The notes beneath the pieces were generated by a model, which was not told the DNA's origin, did not search any database, and saw only the letters and a list, made by a program, of their open reading frames with translations. From Nitrosopumilus sp. (GTDB taxonomy: Archaea; Thermoproteota; Nitrososphaeria; Nitrososphaerales; Nitrosopumilaceae), in assembly GCA_963662625.1 (NCBI GenBank), contig OY759726.1, positions 896,001 to 960,000 of the forward strand: 64,000 bases of DNA, in the 5' to 3' direction. The translations under genes and the position numbers were made by a program. This document shows, one piece after another, positions 9,905-18,835 of the stretch (position 1 is its first letter; each line of letters begins with the position of its first letter).

Positions 9905-11449
9905 ATGTCGCAGCTCAGGACGATCCGGGTTTTGATAACGCTGTTCCCCCCCATCCTGGCCCTTAGGAGGGACAGGAGGAGGTGGGTCAGGACCGAGGGC
10001 AAGGAGACGGACCTGGAGGTCTATCGGAAGAACGCCAGGAAGATCCTGCGCACCTTCATAAAGCTGGGACCCGTCTTCATAAAGCTGGGGCAGTGGCTGT
10101 CCTCGCGGGCCGACATCCTCCCGCAGCCGTACCTGGAGGAGCTTGCCCAACTGCAGGACGACGTCCCAGCGGCCCCGTTCGACCAGGTAAAGCCAATCAT
10201 CGAAAACGACCTCGGACTCCTCGAAGAGAGGTTTGACAGCATAGACACGACCCCCGTCTCGGGCGCGTCGCTGGGCCAGGTCTACCGCGGCAACGTCTCC
10301 GGCAGGCACATCATAGTCAAGGTCAAGAGGCCCGGGATAGAGAGGGTGGTCGAGGACGACCTCAAAGTCCTGAAGAGGCTCCTGCCGCTGGCGCTGAGGT
10401 TCGTGGACCCGAACCTGCGCTTTTCCGCGAAGGTCATGCTGGCGCAGTTCATCGAGACGATCCACGAAGAGATGGACTACACCCGCGAGTCCGAAAACCT
10501 CAAGCAGATAAAGCATGACATGAAAAGCAACCCCAACGTGATCATTCCCTCGGTGTATGACGAGCACTCCTCCAAGAACGTCCTGACCATGGAGTACCTG
10601 CCGGGAATCAAGATCACCAACGTGGAGGCACTCGACGCCAAGGGGATTGACAGGCAGAGGCTGGTAATCAACATCCACAAGGTCTTTTTCACCATGCTGC
10701 TGCGGCACTCCCTCTTCCACGCCGACCCCCACCCGGGGAACATCTCGGTAACCGACGACGGCCGGCTCATCCTGTACGACTACGGGATGGTGGGCAGGCT
10801 GGACAACGAGACCAGGCTCCGCCTCGTCCGCCTGTACCTCGCACTGCTGGAAAAGGATCCCCCGCGCACGGTCAACGCGATGGAGGAGCTGGGCATGCTT
10901 ACCCCTGACTTCAACCGCTCCGTCATAGAAAAGGGCATAGAGCTGACCGTGCGCGCAATGCACGGCACAAAGCCCGACGAAATGGAGATCCAGAGCCTGA
11001 TGGAGCTTGCCAACAAGACGATGAGCAAGTTCCCCTTCATCCTCCCGAAGAACCTGGCCCTGTACATGAGGATGGCCTCCATCATAGAGGGAATCTACAA
11101 GCAGCACAAGGTGGACTTCAAGTTCGTAAAGGTCCTCCGCGAAATACTGGAGGAGGAGCACCTGATCAAGGACGCCTACGTCGAGGAACTAAAGCATTCC
11201 TTTCAAGCGTTTGCAAAATCGATCAACGCCGCCTTTTCGCTGGCCCCGGAACTCAAAAAGTTCATTGACGACAACAGGTCGCTCCAGCGGGACGCGAGGC
11301 CGCAAGTCCTGCTATCTGGAAGCATACTGTCTTCCGCGGTTTTCGTGGGCTCTGCAGTGCTGTTCATGTCCAACGAGGCCCTCGGGCTAGCTGGAATGGC
11401 AGGCGCCATGGCAATCATGGGCGCCTTTGTGATTCTCAGAAAACGCTGA
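9905..11449 (+). CDS. AarF/ABC1/UbiB-family atypical kinase
   Basis: LGPVFIKLGQ, ASLGQVY, VKVKRP, FHADPHPGN, DYGMVG. ATG at 9905 immediately follows the upstream stop. Confidence 0.92.
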   Translation: MSQLRTIRVLITLFPPILALRRDRRRWVRTEGKETDLEVYRKNARKILRTFIKLGPVFIKLGQWLSSRADILPQPYLEELAQLQDDVPAAPFDQVKPIIENDLGLLEERFDSIDTTPVSGASLGQVYRGNVSGRHIIVKVKRPGIERVVEDDLKVLKRLLPLALRFVDPNLRFSAKVMLAQFIETIHEEMDYTRESENLKQIKHDMKSNPNVIIPSVYDEHSSKNVLTMEYLPGIKITNVEALDAKGIDRQRLVINIHKVFFTMLLRHSLFHADPHPGNISVTDDGRLILYDYGMVGRLDNETRLRLVRLYLALLEKDPPRTVNAMEELGMLTPDFNRSVIEKGIELTVRAMHGTKPDEMEIQSLMELANKTMSKFPFILPKNLALYMRMASIIEGIYKQHKVDFKFVKVLREILEEEHLIKDAYVEELKHSFQAFAKSINAAFSLAPELKKFIDDNRSLQRDARPQVLLSGSILSSAVFVGSAVLFMSNEALGLAGMAGAMAIMGAFVILRKR

Positions 11450-11839
11450 CTAGTCTATCTTGATGTCCCGGCCGTTTTTTTTGACGGGGATCACCACGGT
11501 CAGGACTCCGTTCTCGAACTTGGCCGAACTCGTGTAGTCCTTGCCGTCCACGGGGTCGATCGGCAGCCGCAGCCTCTTGTCTATCACGTTTGGCCTCTGG
11601 TTGCAGATCATCTTGGCGTCCTTCTCGTGGCCTTCCTTGCACGCCTGGATTGAGAGGACGTTCTCCTCCAGCGACAGCCTGATGTCCCCCTTGTCAAACC
11701 CGGGAACGTCGACTACCACGGACAGCTTGTCGCCGTCAAGGCGCATATCCACGGGCGGCAGGACAAACTCGTAAAACTCCCTGGTCTTGTTCCCGATCTC
11801 CCTCATCATGTCGTTTGCCATGGCCTTCGCAAGTTCCAT
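11450..11839 (-). CDS. Small heat shock protein (Hsp20 family)
   Basis: PPVDM..VVDVPGF.K.DI...AKFENGVLTVVIP. Confidence 0.9.
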   Translation of the reverse strand: MELAKAMANDMMREIGNKTREFYEFVLPPVDMRLDGDKLSVVVDVPGFDKGDIRLSLEENVLSIQACKEGHEKDAKMICNQRPNVIDKRLRLPIDPVDGKDYTSSAKFENGVLTVVIPVKKNGRDIKID

Positions 11840-11914
11840 TTCGTGTTATATGATTGATTTTTGGTTATAAACCTTGATAGACTTTTAATCGGCAGGCTTC
11901 CAGTTCAGGTGCCC

Positions 11915-12505
11915 ATGATTATCGCCATAGAGGGGGGGGATCAGGCGGGGAAAAAAACCCAGACCCGGCTGCTTGCAAGGGCCCTGAAGAAGCGGAAGGT
12001 CAGGGCCGCCACGTTCAGCTTTCCCGACTACCGGACCCCCATAGGCAAGGAGATCCTCCTGTACCTAGGGGGGAAAAGGAGGTTCCCGCCCCAGGTGATC
12101 CACTGCCTGTTTTCCGCAAACAGGTGGGAGAGGCTCGACGACATACTGGACGCCGCCTCAAAAAACCACGTTGTAATCATGAACCGCTACTACCATTCCA
12201 ACCTGGTCTACGGCCTGGCGAACGGGATGGGGCAGCGCTGGCTGGAGGGCTTGGACAGGGGACTGCCCAAACCCGACATGGTGGTCCTGCTTGACGTGCC
12301 CCGTGAGGAACCGTTCCGCAGAAAGCGGGCCAACCGGGACAGGTTTGAAAAGGAGGACGGGTTCCTGCAAAAGATTCTTGAAACGTACAGGATCGTTGCC
12401 AAAAGGCGCCGCTGGAAGGTCGTCGACGCGGCCAGGCCGGAACAGCAGGTCCACCAAGACATCCTGAAAGCATTCGAGAGGCACCATGAAGAAAAACTAC
12501 CTTGA
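11915..12505 (+). CDS. tmk: Thymidylate (dTMP) kinase
   Basis: MIIAIEGGDQAGKKTQ, FPDY.T.IG, LFSANRWE, NRYYHSN, LPKPD. Confidence 0.92.
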   Translation: MIIAIEGGDQAGKKTQTRLLARALKKRKVRAATFSFPDYRTPIGKEILLYLGGKRRFPPQVIHCLFSANRWERLDDILDAASKNHVVIMNRYYHSNLVYGLANGMGQRWLEGLDRGLPKPDMVVLLDVPREEPFRRKRANRDRFEKEDGFLQKILETYRIVAKRRRWKVVDAARPEQQVHQDILKAFERHHEEKLP

Positions 12506-13721
12506 CATAATAGATCCCATCCATGACTTTATACGCGTGTATGATCACGAGCTGGAGATCATCGACAGCCCGATCTTTCAGAGGCTGCGGAGAATCAAGC
12601 AGCTCTCGGGCGCGCACCTGACCTACCCCGCCGCGCAGCATACGCGGTTTGAGCACTCCTTGGGGGTGATGCACATAGCGGGCCAGGCAGGCAGCGCGCT
12701 TTCGGAGAAGGGGATACTGGACTCTGGCGAGGCCAGGATCCTGAGGCTCGCCGGCCTCCTGCACGACGTCGGCCACGGGCCCTTCTCGCACCTTTTCGAG
12801 GAGATCATCAACAGGAAAAAATCCTCCCACGAGGACTTTGGCAGGGAGATCGTCCTGAACTCCGAGATAGGCGACACGCTGTCAAAGCACGGATTCGGCA
12901 AGGAACTCGTGGCCGCCGTCGCATTCGGGGAGTCCGGGCGCCAGTACATGAACGAGATCATCTCCGGCGCCCTGAGCGCGGACATGATGGACTACCTGAA
13001 GAGGGACGGGTATTTCACGGGCGCAGAGCACGCCAAGGTGGATCACAAGAGAATGACGCAGTCGCTGGAGGTGCACCGTGGGAAACTGGCGCTGGAAAGG
13101 TCCGCGCTGTACTCGTTCGAGTCCATGACGCACTCGCGGTACGAGATGTTCAAGGCGGTATATTTCCACAAGACCGTAAGGGCGGCCGAGGTGATGCTCC
13201 TGGAGGCGCTGAGGCTGTCCGACGACGAGTTCGGGTTTACCTCGCTTGACATCGAGGAATACGTGCAGCTTACGGACGAACACGTGCTGTCCCAGATGAT
13301 CTCCTCAAAGTCTCCCAAGTTGGGGCGGGCGAGGAAGCTTGCCAAGGACTACCAGGACAGGAGGCTGCTAAAGTGCGTCTACGAGAGGATCCTGACCGGC
13401 AGGACGGGCCTGGGAAACATCAAGACGGCCGAGCTCCGCGAGTCCATATCGCGCAAATCCGGCGTCGACGGGCAGGAGATCTTCGTAGACAGTTCCGTCA
13501 CCCCGTCCATACCGCTCGCGCCGTCAAAAAGCGAGTCCAAGTCCATAATACTGGTCACAAACGACGACGGCGGCCAATCTGCCGAAGAGATGCCGATCTC
13601 CGAGATCCCAGTGGTCTCCGCAATCTCCGGGTTCATGAACATACTCCGGATCTACGCGCACCGGGAGCATCGAAAAAAGGTTGAAATTGCGGCCAGATCA
13701 ATCATCGGCGGGTTAGAATGA
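12486..13721 (+). CDS. HD-superfamily phosphohydrolase (YdhJ/SAMHD1-like dNTPase family)
   Basis: [45 protein letters not shown]. Confidence 0.9.
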   Translation: MKKNYLDIIDPIHDFIRVYDHELEIIDSPIFQRLRRIKQLSGAHLTYPAAQHTRFEHSLGVMHIAGQAGSALSEKGILDSGEARILRLAGLLHDVGHGPFSHLFEEIINRKKSSHEDFGREIVLNSEIGDTLSKHGFGKELVAAVAFGESGRQYMNEIISGALSADMMDYLKRDGYFTGAEHAKVDHKRMTQSLEVHRGKLALERSALYSFESMTHSRYEMFKAVYFHKTVRAAEVMLLEALRLSDDEFGFTSLDIEEYVQLTDEHVLSQMISSKSPKLGRARKLAKDYQDRRLLKCVYERILTGRTGLGNIKTAELRESISRKSGVDGQEIFVDSSVTPSIPLAPSKSESKSIILVTNDDGGQSAEEMPISEIPVVSAISGFMNILRIYAHREHRKKVEIAARSIIGGLE

Positions 13722-14404
13722 CTAAAAAACGGATCGTCATCAAGCTGTCCGGCAGGGCGTTTGGCATGGAAGACGCAAAGCTCCTGAAGGGATACGCGTC
13801 GTTCCTGGCCAAGATCAGCAAGATCTGCCAGCCCATAGTCGTCGCAGGCGGGGGCAGGATCGCCCGCCACTACATCAACCACGCGCGCACCTCGGGCGCC
13901 GACGAGTCCACGCTCGACGAGCTTGGAATAGAGATCTCGAGGCTAAACGCAAAACTCCTGATCTACGCGCTGGACGGCAGGGCCTACTCCCGCCCGCCCA
14001 CCAGCCTGCAGGAGGTAAGGGACGCGGCGGACGGCGGGCTGATCGTGGTCGCCGGCGGGCTGCACCCGGGACAGAGCACCAACGGGACGGCCGCGCTCAT
14101 CGCCGAAAAGACGGGCGCCGCCCAGTTTCTGAACGCCACCGACGTCGACGGAGTATACGACATGGATCCCAACAAGTCCAAGAACGCGAAAAAATTCAAG
14201 AAGATCGAATTGAAGCACCTGAAGAACATCCTCGTCCACGAGGATTCGGTCGCCGGCGGCCACGACCTGATGGACATAGTGGCCCTGAAGATCATCGAGC
14301 GCTCAAGAATCAGGACCAAGATCATAAAGGCCGACACGAAGGTCATCGAAAAGGCCATCCGCGGCGACAGCGTGGGCACCGAGATAACCCTCCCGCCAAG
14401 GTAG
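13718..14404 (+). CDS. pyrH: UMP kinase
   Basis: [35 protein letters not shown]. Confidence 0.93.
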   Translation: MTKKRIVIKLSGRAFGMEDAKLLKGYASFLAKISKICQPIVVAGGGRIARHYINHARTSGADESTLDELGIEISRLNAKLLIYALDGRAYSRPPTSLQEVRDAADGGLIVVAGGLHPGQSTNGTAALIAEKTGAAQFLNATDVDGVYDMDPNKSKNAKKFKKIELKHLKNILVHEDSVAGGHDLMDIVALKIIERSRIRTKIIKADTKVIEKAIRGDSVGTEITLPPR

Positions 14405-14761
14405 CTACTTGGAGGCCTCTCTTTGCACGGCCCGGCGGGTCTCGGACCAGATCTGGATCTCGCTGCCCGGGTACTCCGGAACGCCGGAATCCCGGAGCCT
14501 CTTGAATATCCCGAGCGCCTCCTCTTTTGGCACAGCCTTGGACTGCGCCTTCGTAAACCCGTCGCCGTCCACCAGGATGGCCACGTGCCCGTCGGGGGAA
14601 GTGACGACCGCGGCCAGGTCCTCCTCTCCCACCGGCTCGAAACTCCCGGCCACCTTCTTGGTGGTCAGCGTGAGCATCCCGAACCCCGCGGCCTCGAACA
14701 TCCTGAGCTGCGACTTGCCCGCCCTCTGCTTTCCCTGCTGGACAGCCTGAAAATACCGCAT
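14405..14761 (-). CDS. Hypothetical protein (thaumarchaeal type)
   Basis: Coding-like ORF MRYFQAVQQGKQRA...; convergent with pyrH. Confidence 0.65.
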   Translation of the reverse strand: MRYFQAVQQGKQRAGKSQLRMFEAAGFGMLTLTTKKVAGSFEPVGEEDLAAVVTSPDGHVAILVDGDGFTKAQSKAVPKEEALGIFKRLRDSGVPEYPGSEIQIWSETRRAVQREASK

Positions 14762-14831
14762 GGTGAGTCTCCGTTGCAAATGGTATAATAACTATCTTGA
14801 CGTTAAGATACCCGGAGAGTGCGTCGTACAA

Positions 14832-15392
14832 GTGAACCCGAAGATCTTCGTATTTGCGGCAGTCGCGGTGCTGGCAGTGGCGCTGGGATCCGTCCTTTTC
14901 ACCAGTTCCACGATATTCGAGCCCCCCGCCGGGCCCTCGCAGGGGGCCGCGCCGGACCAGCCGGCGCGGCTGGAACCAATCTCCGTCGAACTCGACGGGG
15001 TCTCCGTCTCCGAAGTCAACGACAGGTCCGCAAGCATTGAGATCAGGTTCGTCGTAAGCAACCCGAACCCGGTCTCCGTCCTGGTGCAGGTCATGGACTA
15101 CCAGCTGTACGAGGCAGGGTTCTCCGAGACCGTCCAGGTCTCGGGCGGCCAGATAGGCAGCAGGGCCGCAGGCATGATAGAGTTCGGGAACAACTACTAC
15201 ACCCTGCTTGGGGAAAACTCCCTGGTGCTAAAAGACGAGATCGTGCTGAAGAACACGGGAAACGCGCCCGAGTTGTGGTCTGCACTCCGGGGCAACACCG
15301 CGCAGTGGAAGGTCACGGGGGACGTCTTCTACAACCTGAGCTCCATGACCAGCGGCCAGGAGAACGAGGTCCACTTTGAGTTCACCACGTAG
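14832..15392 (+). CDS. Membrane-anchored LEA_2/WHy-like protein
   Basis: N-terminal TM, then a V.NPNP motif and a beta-rich domain; GTG start at 14832. Confidence 0.6.
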   Translation: MNPKIFVFAAVAVLAVALGSVLFTSSTIFEPPAGPSQGAAPDQPARLEPISVELDGVSVSEVNDRSASIEIRFVVSNPNPVSVLVQVMDYQLYEAGFSETVQVSGGQIGSRAAGMIEFGNNYYTLLGENSLVLKDEIVLKNTGNAPELWSALRGNTAQWKVTGDVFYNLSSMTSGQENEVHFEFTT

Positions 15393-15494
15393 GGCGCAGT
15401 CCATGTATCACAAAACTCGAATATTGTGCTAATTTGTTTTCGTGATGGAAATATTGGCAAAGTTATAAAAGCCCCCAAGGCGGGTCTTTATCAA

Positions 15495-15605
15495 ATGGCA
15501 GAAGCAGGAATGGCCGCCTTTGGCTCAGCAGTAGGAGTAGCAATTGCACTAGCAGTAGTATGTTTCGCTCTCCGTGGTAAGGGGCATCCCGAATCACTAG
15601 AATAG
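15495..15605 (+). CDS. Unannotated 36-aa single-TM small protein
   Basis: MAEAGMAAFGSAVGVAIALAVVCFALRGKGHPESLE; TATA box ttataaaa at 15463-15470; A/T-ending codons like amt. Confidence 0.7.
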   Translation: MAEAGMAAFGSAVGVAIALAVVCFALRGKGHPESLE

Positions 15606-15632
15606 GGAAACCCCACAATATTTTTCATCTTC

Positions 15633-16280
15633 CTAGTCTTTCTTAGACAGCCCCAGCATTTCTGCCAGCGTAAGCTGCTTCGCGTTCTTCTTCGAGATAA
15701 AGCACCTCTGGTAGTACTGGCACCCGGCACACTCCGCCGACGGTTCAAGGATGGGCGTCTTGCTCTCCTTGAGGAGATCGTTTAGGACCCTGACGCGCCT
15801 GATCACCTCCTCGAACATCTTCTTGTCCCTGGTCACCGAAAACGCCGACTCGTCCTTGCTCCCCGTGACGTAGATCAACACCCCGTCGACCTTGCCATAG
15901 ACCCACATGCACGCATTAAGGAAGAGCAGGTCGCTTGACTTTGGCGTTTCGGGTTCGGCGTCCGCGGGCCTGAACAAGACTACAAAGTCGTCTACGATCA
16001 TGTCTGCGTGGCCCCTCAGCCTGATGTCGTCAACGGCAAAATCCTTCGGCTCGCTGCCGTACTTCAGGTTACGGAGCAGCCCCGCCAGCAGGTCGTTGAA
16101 CCCCGTGCGCTCCACCTCCAGGGGATCCACCCTGTCGTAGTAGGAGCGCCTGAGGCACTGGACCACCTCGCCCAGGTGGACAGTCTGCGCGTCCCCGGCG
16201 TCTATCTTGGTCTCCACCTCCCTCCCGATCGAGTCGACTGCGTTTTTTATGACGCTTCGAAAGTCCTTGTCTCCCATCAT
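15633..16280 (-). CDS. Solo Cas4-like PD-(D/E)XK protein with Fe-S cysteines
   Basis: QCLRRSYY near the N-terminus, LRGHADMIVD and C-terminal CAGCQYYQRC; no CRISPR array or other cas genes nearby. Confidence 0.75.
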   Translation of the reverse strand: MMGDKDFRSVIKNAVDSIGREVETKIDAGDAQTVHLGEVVQCLRRSYYDRVDPLEVERTGFNDLLAGLLRNLKYGSEPKDFAVDDIRLRGHADMIVDDFVVLFRPADAEPETPKSSDLLFLNACMWVYGKVDGVLIYVTGSKDESAFSVTRDKKMFEEVIRRVRVLNDLLKESKTPILEPSAECAGCQYYQRCFISKKNAKQLTLAEMLGLSKKD

Positions 16281-16305
16281 GGTAGTTCGCCGACAACCCG
16301 CCCCG

Positions 16306-16542
16306 CTAGTTTATAACCCGCGTCAAGAACCGTGAAATCCGGAACGACAGCGCCAGCGTGACAAAATGGACCGCGAATCCCGCCACCGCCCCCGCGACGA
16401 GGTTTCCCGTGGCGTAGTAGATCCCAAGAAGCAGCCCCAGGGCCGGCAGCGCGAATATTGCGGCCAGAAACGTGCTGACCCAGACGGTCTTGATTATGAG
16501 GTCGGTAGAGATTCCTTTGTTCTTCCTTGGGAATTTAATCAT
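16306..16542 (-). CDS. Small two-TM hypothetical protein
   Basis: Hydrophobic 78-aa ORF co-oriented between atpC and the Cas4-like gene. Confidence 0.7.
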   Translation of the reverse strand: MIKFPRKNKGISTDLIIKTVWVSTFLAAIFALPALGLLLGIYYATGNLVAGAVAGFAVHFVTLALSFRISRFLTRVIN

Positions 16543-16551
16543 TTTCAGGAC

Positions 16552-17586
16552 TCATTCTTCATCCAGGATCAGCTTTGCCATGATGGTCTCAGTCGGTATG
16601 CCCTGCTCTATCGCGTACGCGATTGCGGACAGGTTCCTTACCTCGAACTCCGTCAGCTTGATGATCCCTATGGTCGTTGCAAGGCTAAACATCTTCGTGA
16701 AGGAGTTCTTTGCCGCGTTGTAGATGGCCATCTCGAAGGCCCTTTCGAACTCGGCCAGCGCGTCAAGCTCGTTCTCCACCTGGGGGATCATTCCCTTGTA
16801 CCTGCTGGCGGACAGTTCGTTGAACGCGTCCCTGACCGAGGTTGCCGAGGCCATCTTTCCCAGCATCTCCCTCGGCGCGGCCGAAGTCTCCGCAACGATC
16901 AGGTCTTGGATGTTCTGCTCGTCCAGCCCCCAGAACTTTCCCCTGATCACGCTCAGGACGTTGTAAAAATCGATCTCCAGCCCGATCAGCTTGCCGGCAT
17001 CCAGGTCCCTGCTGTTCTTCCTTGCGTTTCCCAGCTGCCGGTACAGGATTTTGTCGAAATACGTGTCGAAGATCTGTATGTTCTTCTTGTCGTTGTATAT
17101 CGCCGCCGCCTTCGCGATGTCCTCGCCGAACCCCGCGGAATTCAGGCTTGCGACCGCCTCTTCCAGGTCCTTGGCCGCAAGCGCCTTTACCGTTATGTCC
17201 CTCTGCTTTACCAGTTCTTCTGCGTGAAGGTTGATGTGGGACTCGATGTCCTCCTGTGGCTTGCCAAGGACCTTGCCCTTGAGGATCAGCTTCAGGTTTG
17301 AAACGATAAACTTCATGTAATAGGCGTTGAAGATGTTTGCGTTGCCCGCCGTCCTCGCGATGGAATAGTGCGCATCTGCCAGGTGCGACCTCAGGGCGGA
17401 CTCGATGCCCTGTGACGTGAACGGCTTTTGGATTTCAGAAACCGCCTCGGCATAACTCGTGTTTTTTATCCTGGTCATCAACTCGTCGAGATCCCTCGAC
17501 TCTGCCAGCGTCTGAAAGTCGCCCTTCTGTAACAGCCTGCCCCTCCTGCTGTATGACTTTACGGAGGCATACACTATGCTACTCAA
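16552..17586 (-). CDS. atpC: A/V-type ATP synthase subunit C
   Basis: VYASVKSYSRRGRLL...ESRDLDEL, NLKLILKGK, IDFYNV, EVRNLSAIAY. TTG start chosen at 17586. Confidence 0.88.
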   Translation of the reverse strand: MSSIVYASVKSYSRRGRLLQKGDFQTLAESRDLDELMTRIKNTSYAEAVSEIQKPFTSQGIESALRSHLADAHYSIARTAGNANIFNAYYMKFIVSNLKLILKGKVLGKPQEDIESHINLHAEELVKQRDITVKALAAKDLEEAVASLNSAGFGEDIAKAAAIYNDKKNIQIFDTYFDKILYRQLGNARKNSRDLDAGKLIGLEIDFYNVLSVIRGKFWGLDEQNIQDLIVAETSAAPREMLGKMASATSVRDAFNELSASRYKGMIPQVENELDALAEFERAFEMAIYNAAKNSFTKMFSLATTIGIIKLTEFEVRNLSAIAYAIEQGIPTETIMAKLILDEE

Positions 17587-18037
17587 CGCCTGATCTGAAG
17601 AACGCAACGGATTTTAATGTTTGGCGCTGCCCGGCCAAGCGAAAAGCGCGCCAACCGGCCAAATTTTGCAATTCCAAACGGATCTGCGGGGGATGGACCG
17701 CGCCCCGCACCGTAGCCGCGGGGCCTCCCAAGGCGGGCGGGGCGCCCCAGGACTCCAGCATTCCCCCCCGGGGGGGGGGGCGTGGGGCGGCCGCCTCACC
17801 GTACGTGCAGGCGGCCGGGGGCAGGAAGCGGCTCGCCCGCGGCCCGCGCATCGTGAGGCCGCTCGACGGGAAGCCGCCAACGCACGCAATGCGGACGGAT
17901 CCACGCTTGCCACCATGCGCACAAAATACTAGTTCGGGCCAAGGGAGGGCGCACATGGCGCGGCGCGGGCGGCAGCCCCCCGCGTATCCCAGCCGGCACG
18001 CCGCCGGCACGCTTCGGAGCCGCCGTCCGGCATGACG

Positions 18038-18709
18038 TCATTGGGGTGTTATCCTGCTGAGAAACCTCACCGTCTCTTCCCTGTCCCGGCTTGGCAGCTG
18101 CATGAACGCGCTGAGGATCTCTTTTTGGATGACCAGCGACTCGTCGTGGACCTCGCTGAGCCTGGACAGGTCAAAAGGCAGCAGATCGGCGAACTTCCCG
18201 TCACAGAATGCCCTTACGTACTTTTGAAATATGGAATACATAAAGCTGGGGCTTGATTTCTGCAGATTCATGACGATCCCCTCGAACTCTTTTTCCGCGG
18301 GCTCGGAGCTTGCAAAAAACTCGCCGAGCAGCCTCTCCCTGTCCGCCATTCCGTTTATCGACAGGGCCACCAGCGTGCCCTTCTTCGTGAGGTGGTAGTA
18401 CGGGATTCCCTTCTCCTGCAGCGCCTTTGGCCCCCTCTTGAGGGGCAGCCTCCCGTGTTCCTCCACCACCCCCATGGGGATCAGCACCTCGTCCAGGTCA
18501 CGAAAGACCCCCGAATAGATGTTCTTCCAGGCAATCCCGTGCTCTTTTGCGATCAGTTGGGATATGCCCGTCCTGGTCTTCTCGGTGGGGTTGCCCCTGC
18601 CGGCAAGAATTGAGATGATCGAGCGCTGCCTGTTTGCCTCCCCCGTGAGGCTGTCCTTGGTCTTGAACGTGTCAAACACGGCCAGCCTCTCCTTGGGCTT
18701 GTTACTCAT
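18038..18709 (-). CDS. Hypothetical winged-helix-like protein divergent from amt
   Basis: RTGISQLIAK...VFRDLDEVLIPMGVVE...YYHLTKKG has wHTH character. Confidence 0.7.
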   Translation of the reverse strand: MSNKPKERLAVFDTFKTKDSLTGEANRQRSIISILAGRGNPTEKTRTGISQLIAKEHGIAWKNIYSGVFRDLDEVLIPMGVVEEHGRLPLKRGPKALQEKGIPYYHLTKKGTLVALSINGMADRERLLGEFFASSEPAEKEFEGIVMNLQKSSPSFMYSIFQKYVRAFCDGKFADLLPFDLSRLSEVHDESLVIQKEILSAFMQLPSRDREETVRFLSRITPQ

Positions 18710-18740
18710 GCCTCACCCGTAATTTAATTTTCAATTTTTA

Positions 18741-18813
18741 TGATAATATCAGAATATACCCAAATATATGAATTTACATTTCTATCGAATTTGATACCTT
18801 CAACTCTTAAATA
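18741..18813. promoter_or_regulatory. Divergent AT-rich promoter with palindromes
   Basis: TGATA-A-TATCA (18741-18751), TATCGAATTTGATA (18783-18796) and TATA ttaaata (18807-18813). Confidence 0.5.
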
Positions 18814-18835
18814 ATTTCCGCTTTTGAACAGTTTA

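Noticed and set aside
9650-11161. Long antisense ORFs (also 723-1679, 4660-5616, 6899-7909, 33697-34656, 53749-54765)
   Set aside because: Shadows of real genes caused by high GC3.
15633-16280. CRISPR-Cas system
   Set aside because: Only a solo Cas4-like gene; no cas1/cas2 and no array.
17590-18035. Several 80-160-aa Pro/Arg/Gly-rich ORFs in GC-rich spacers (also 21495-21930, 24048-24500, 40050-40375, 49375-49600)
   Set aside because: No recognisable motifs or promoter context. Probably eroded mobile DNA, but the family cannot be assigned by eye.
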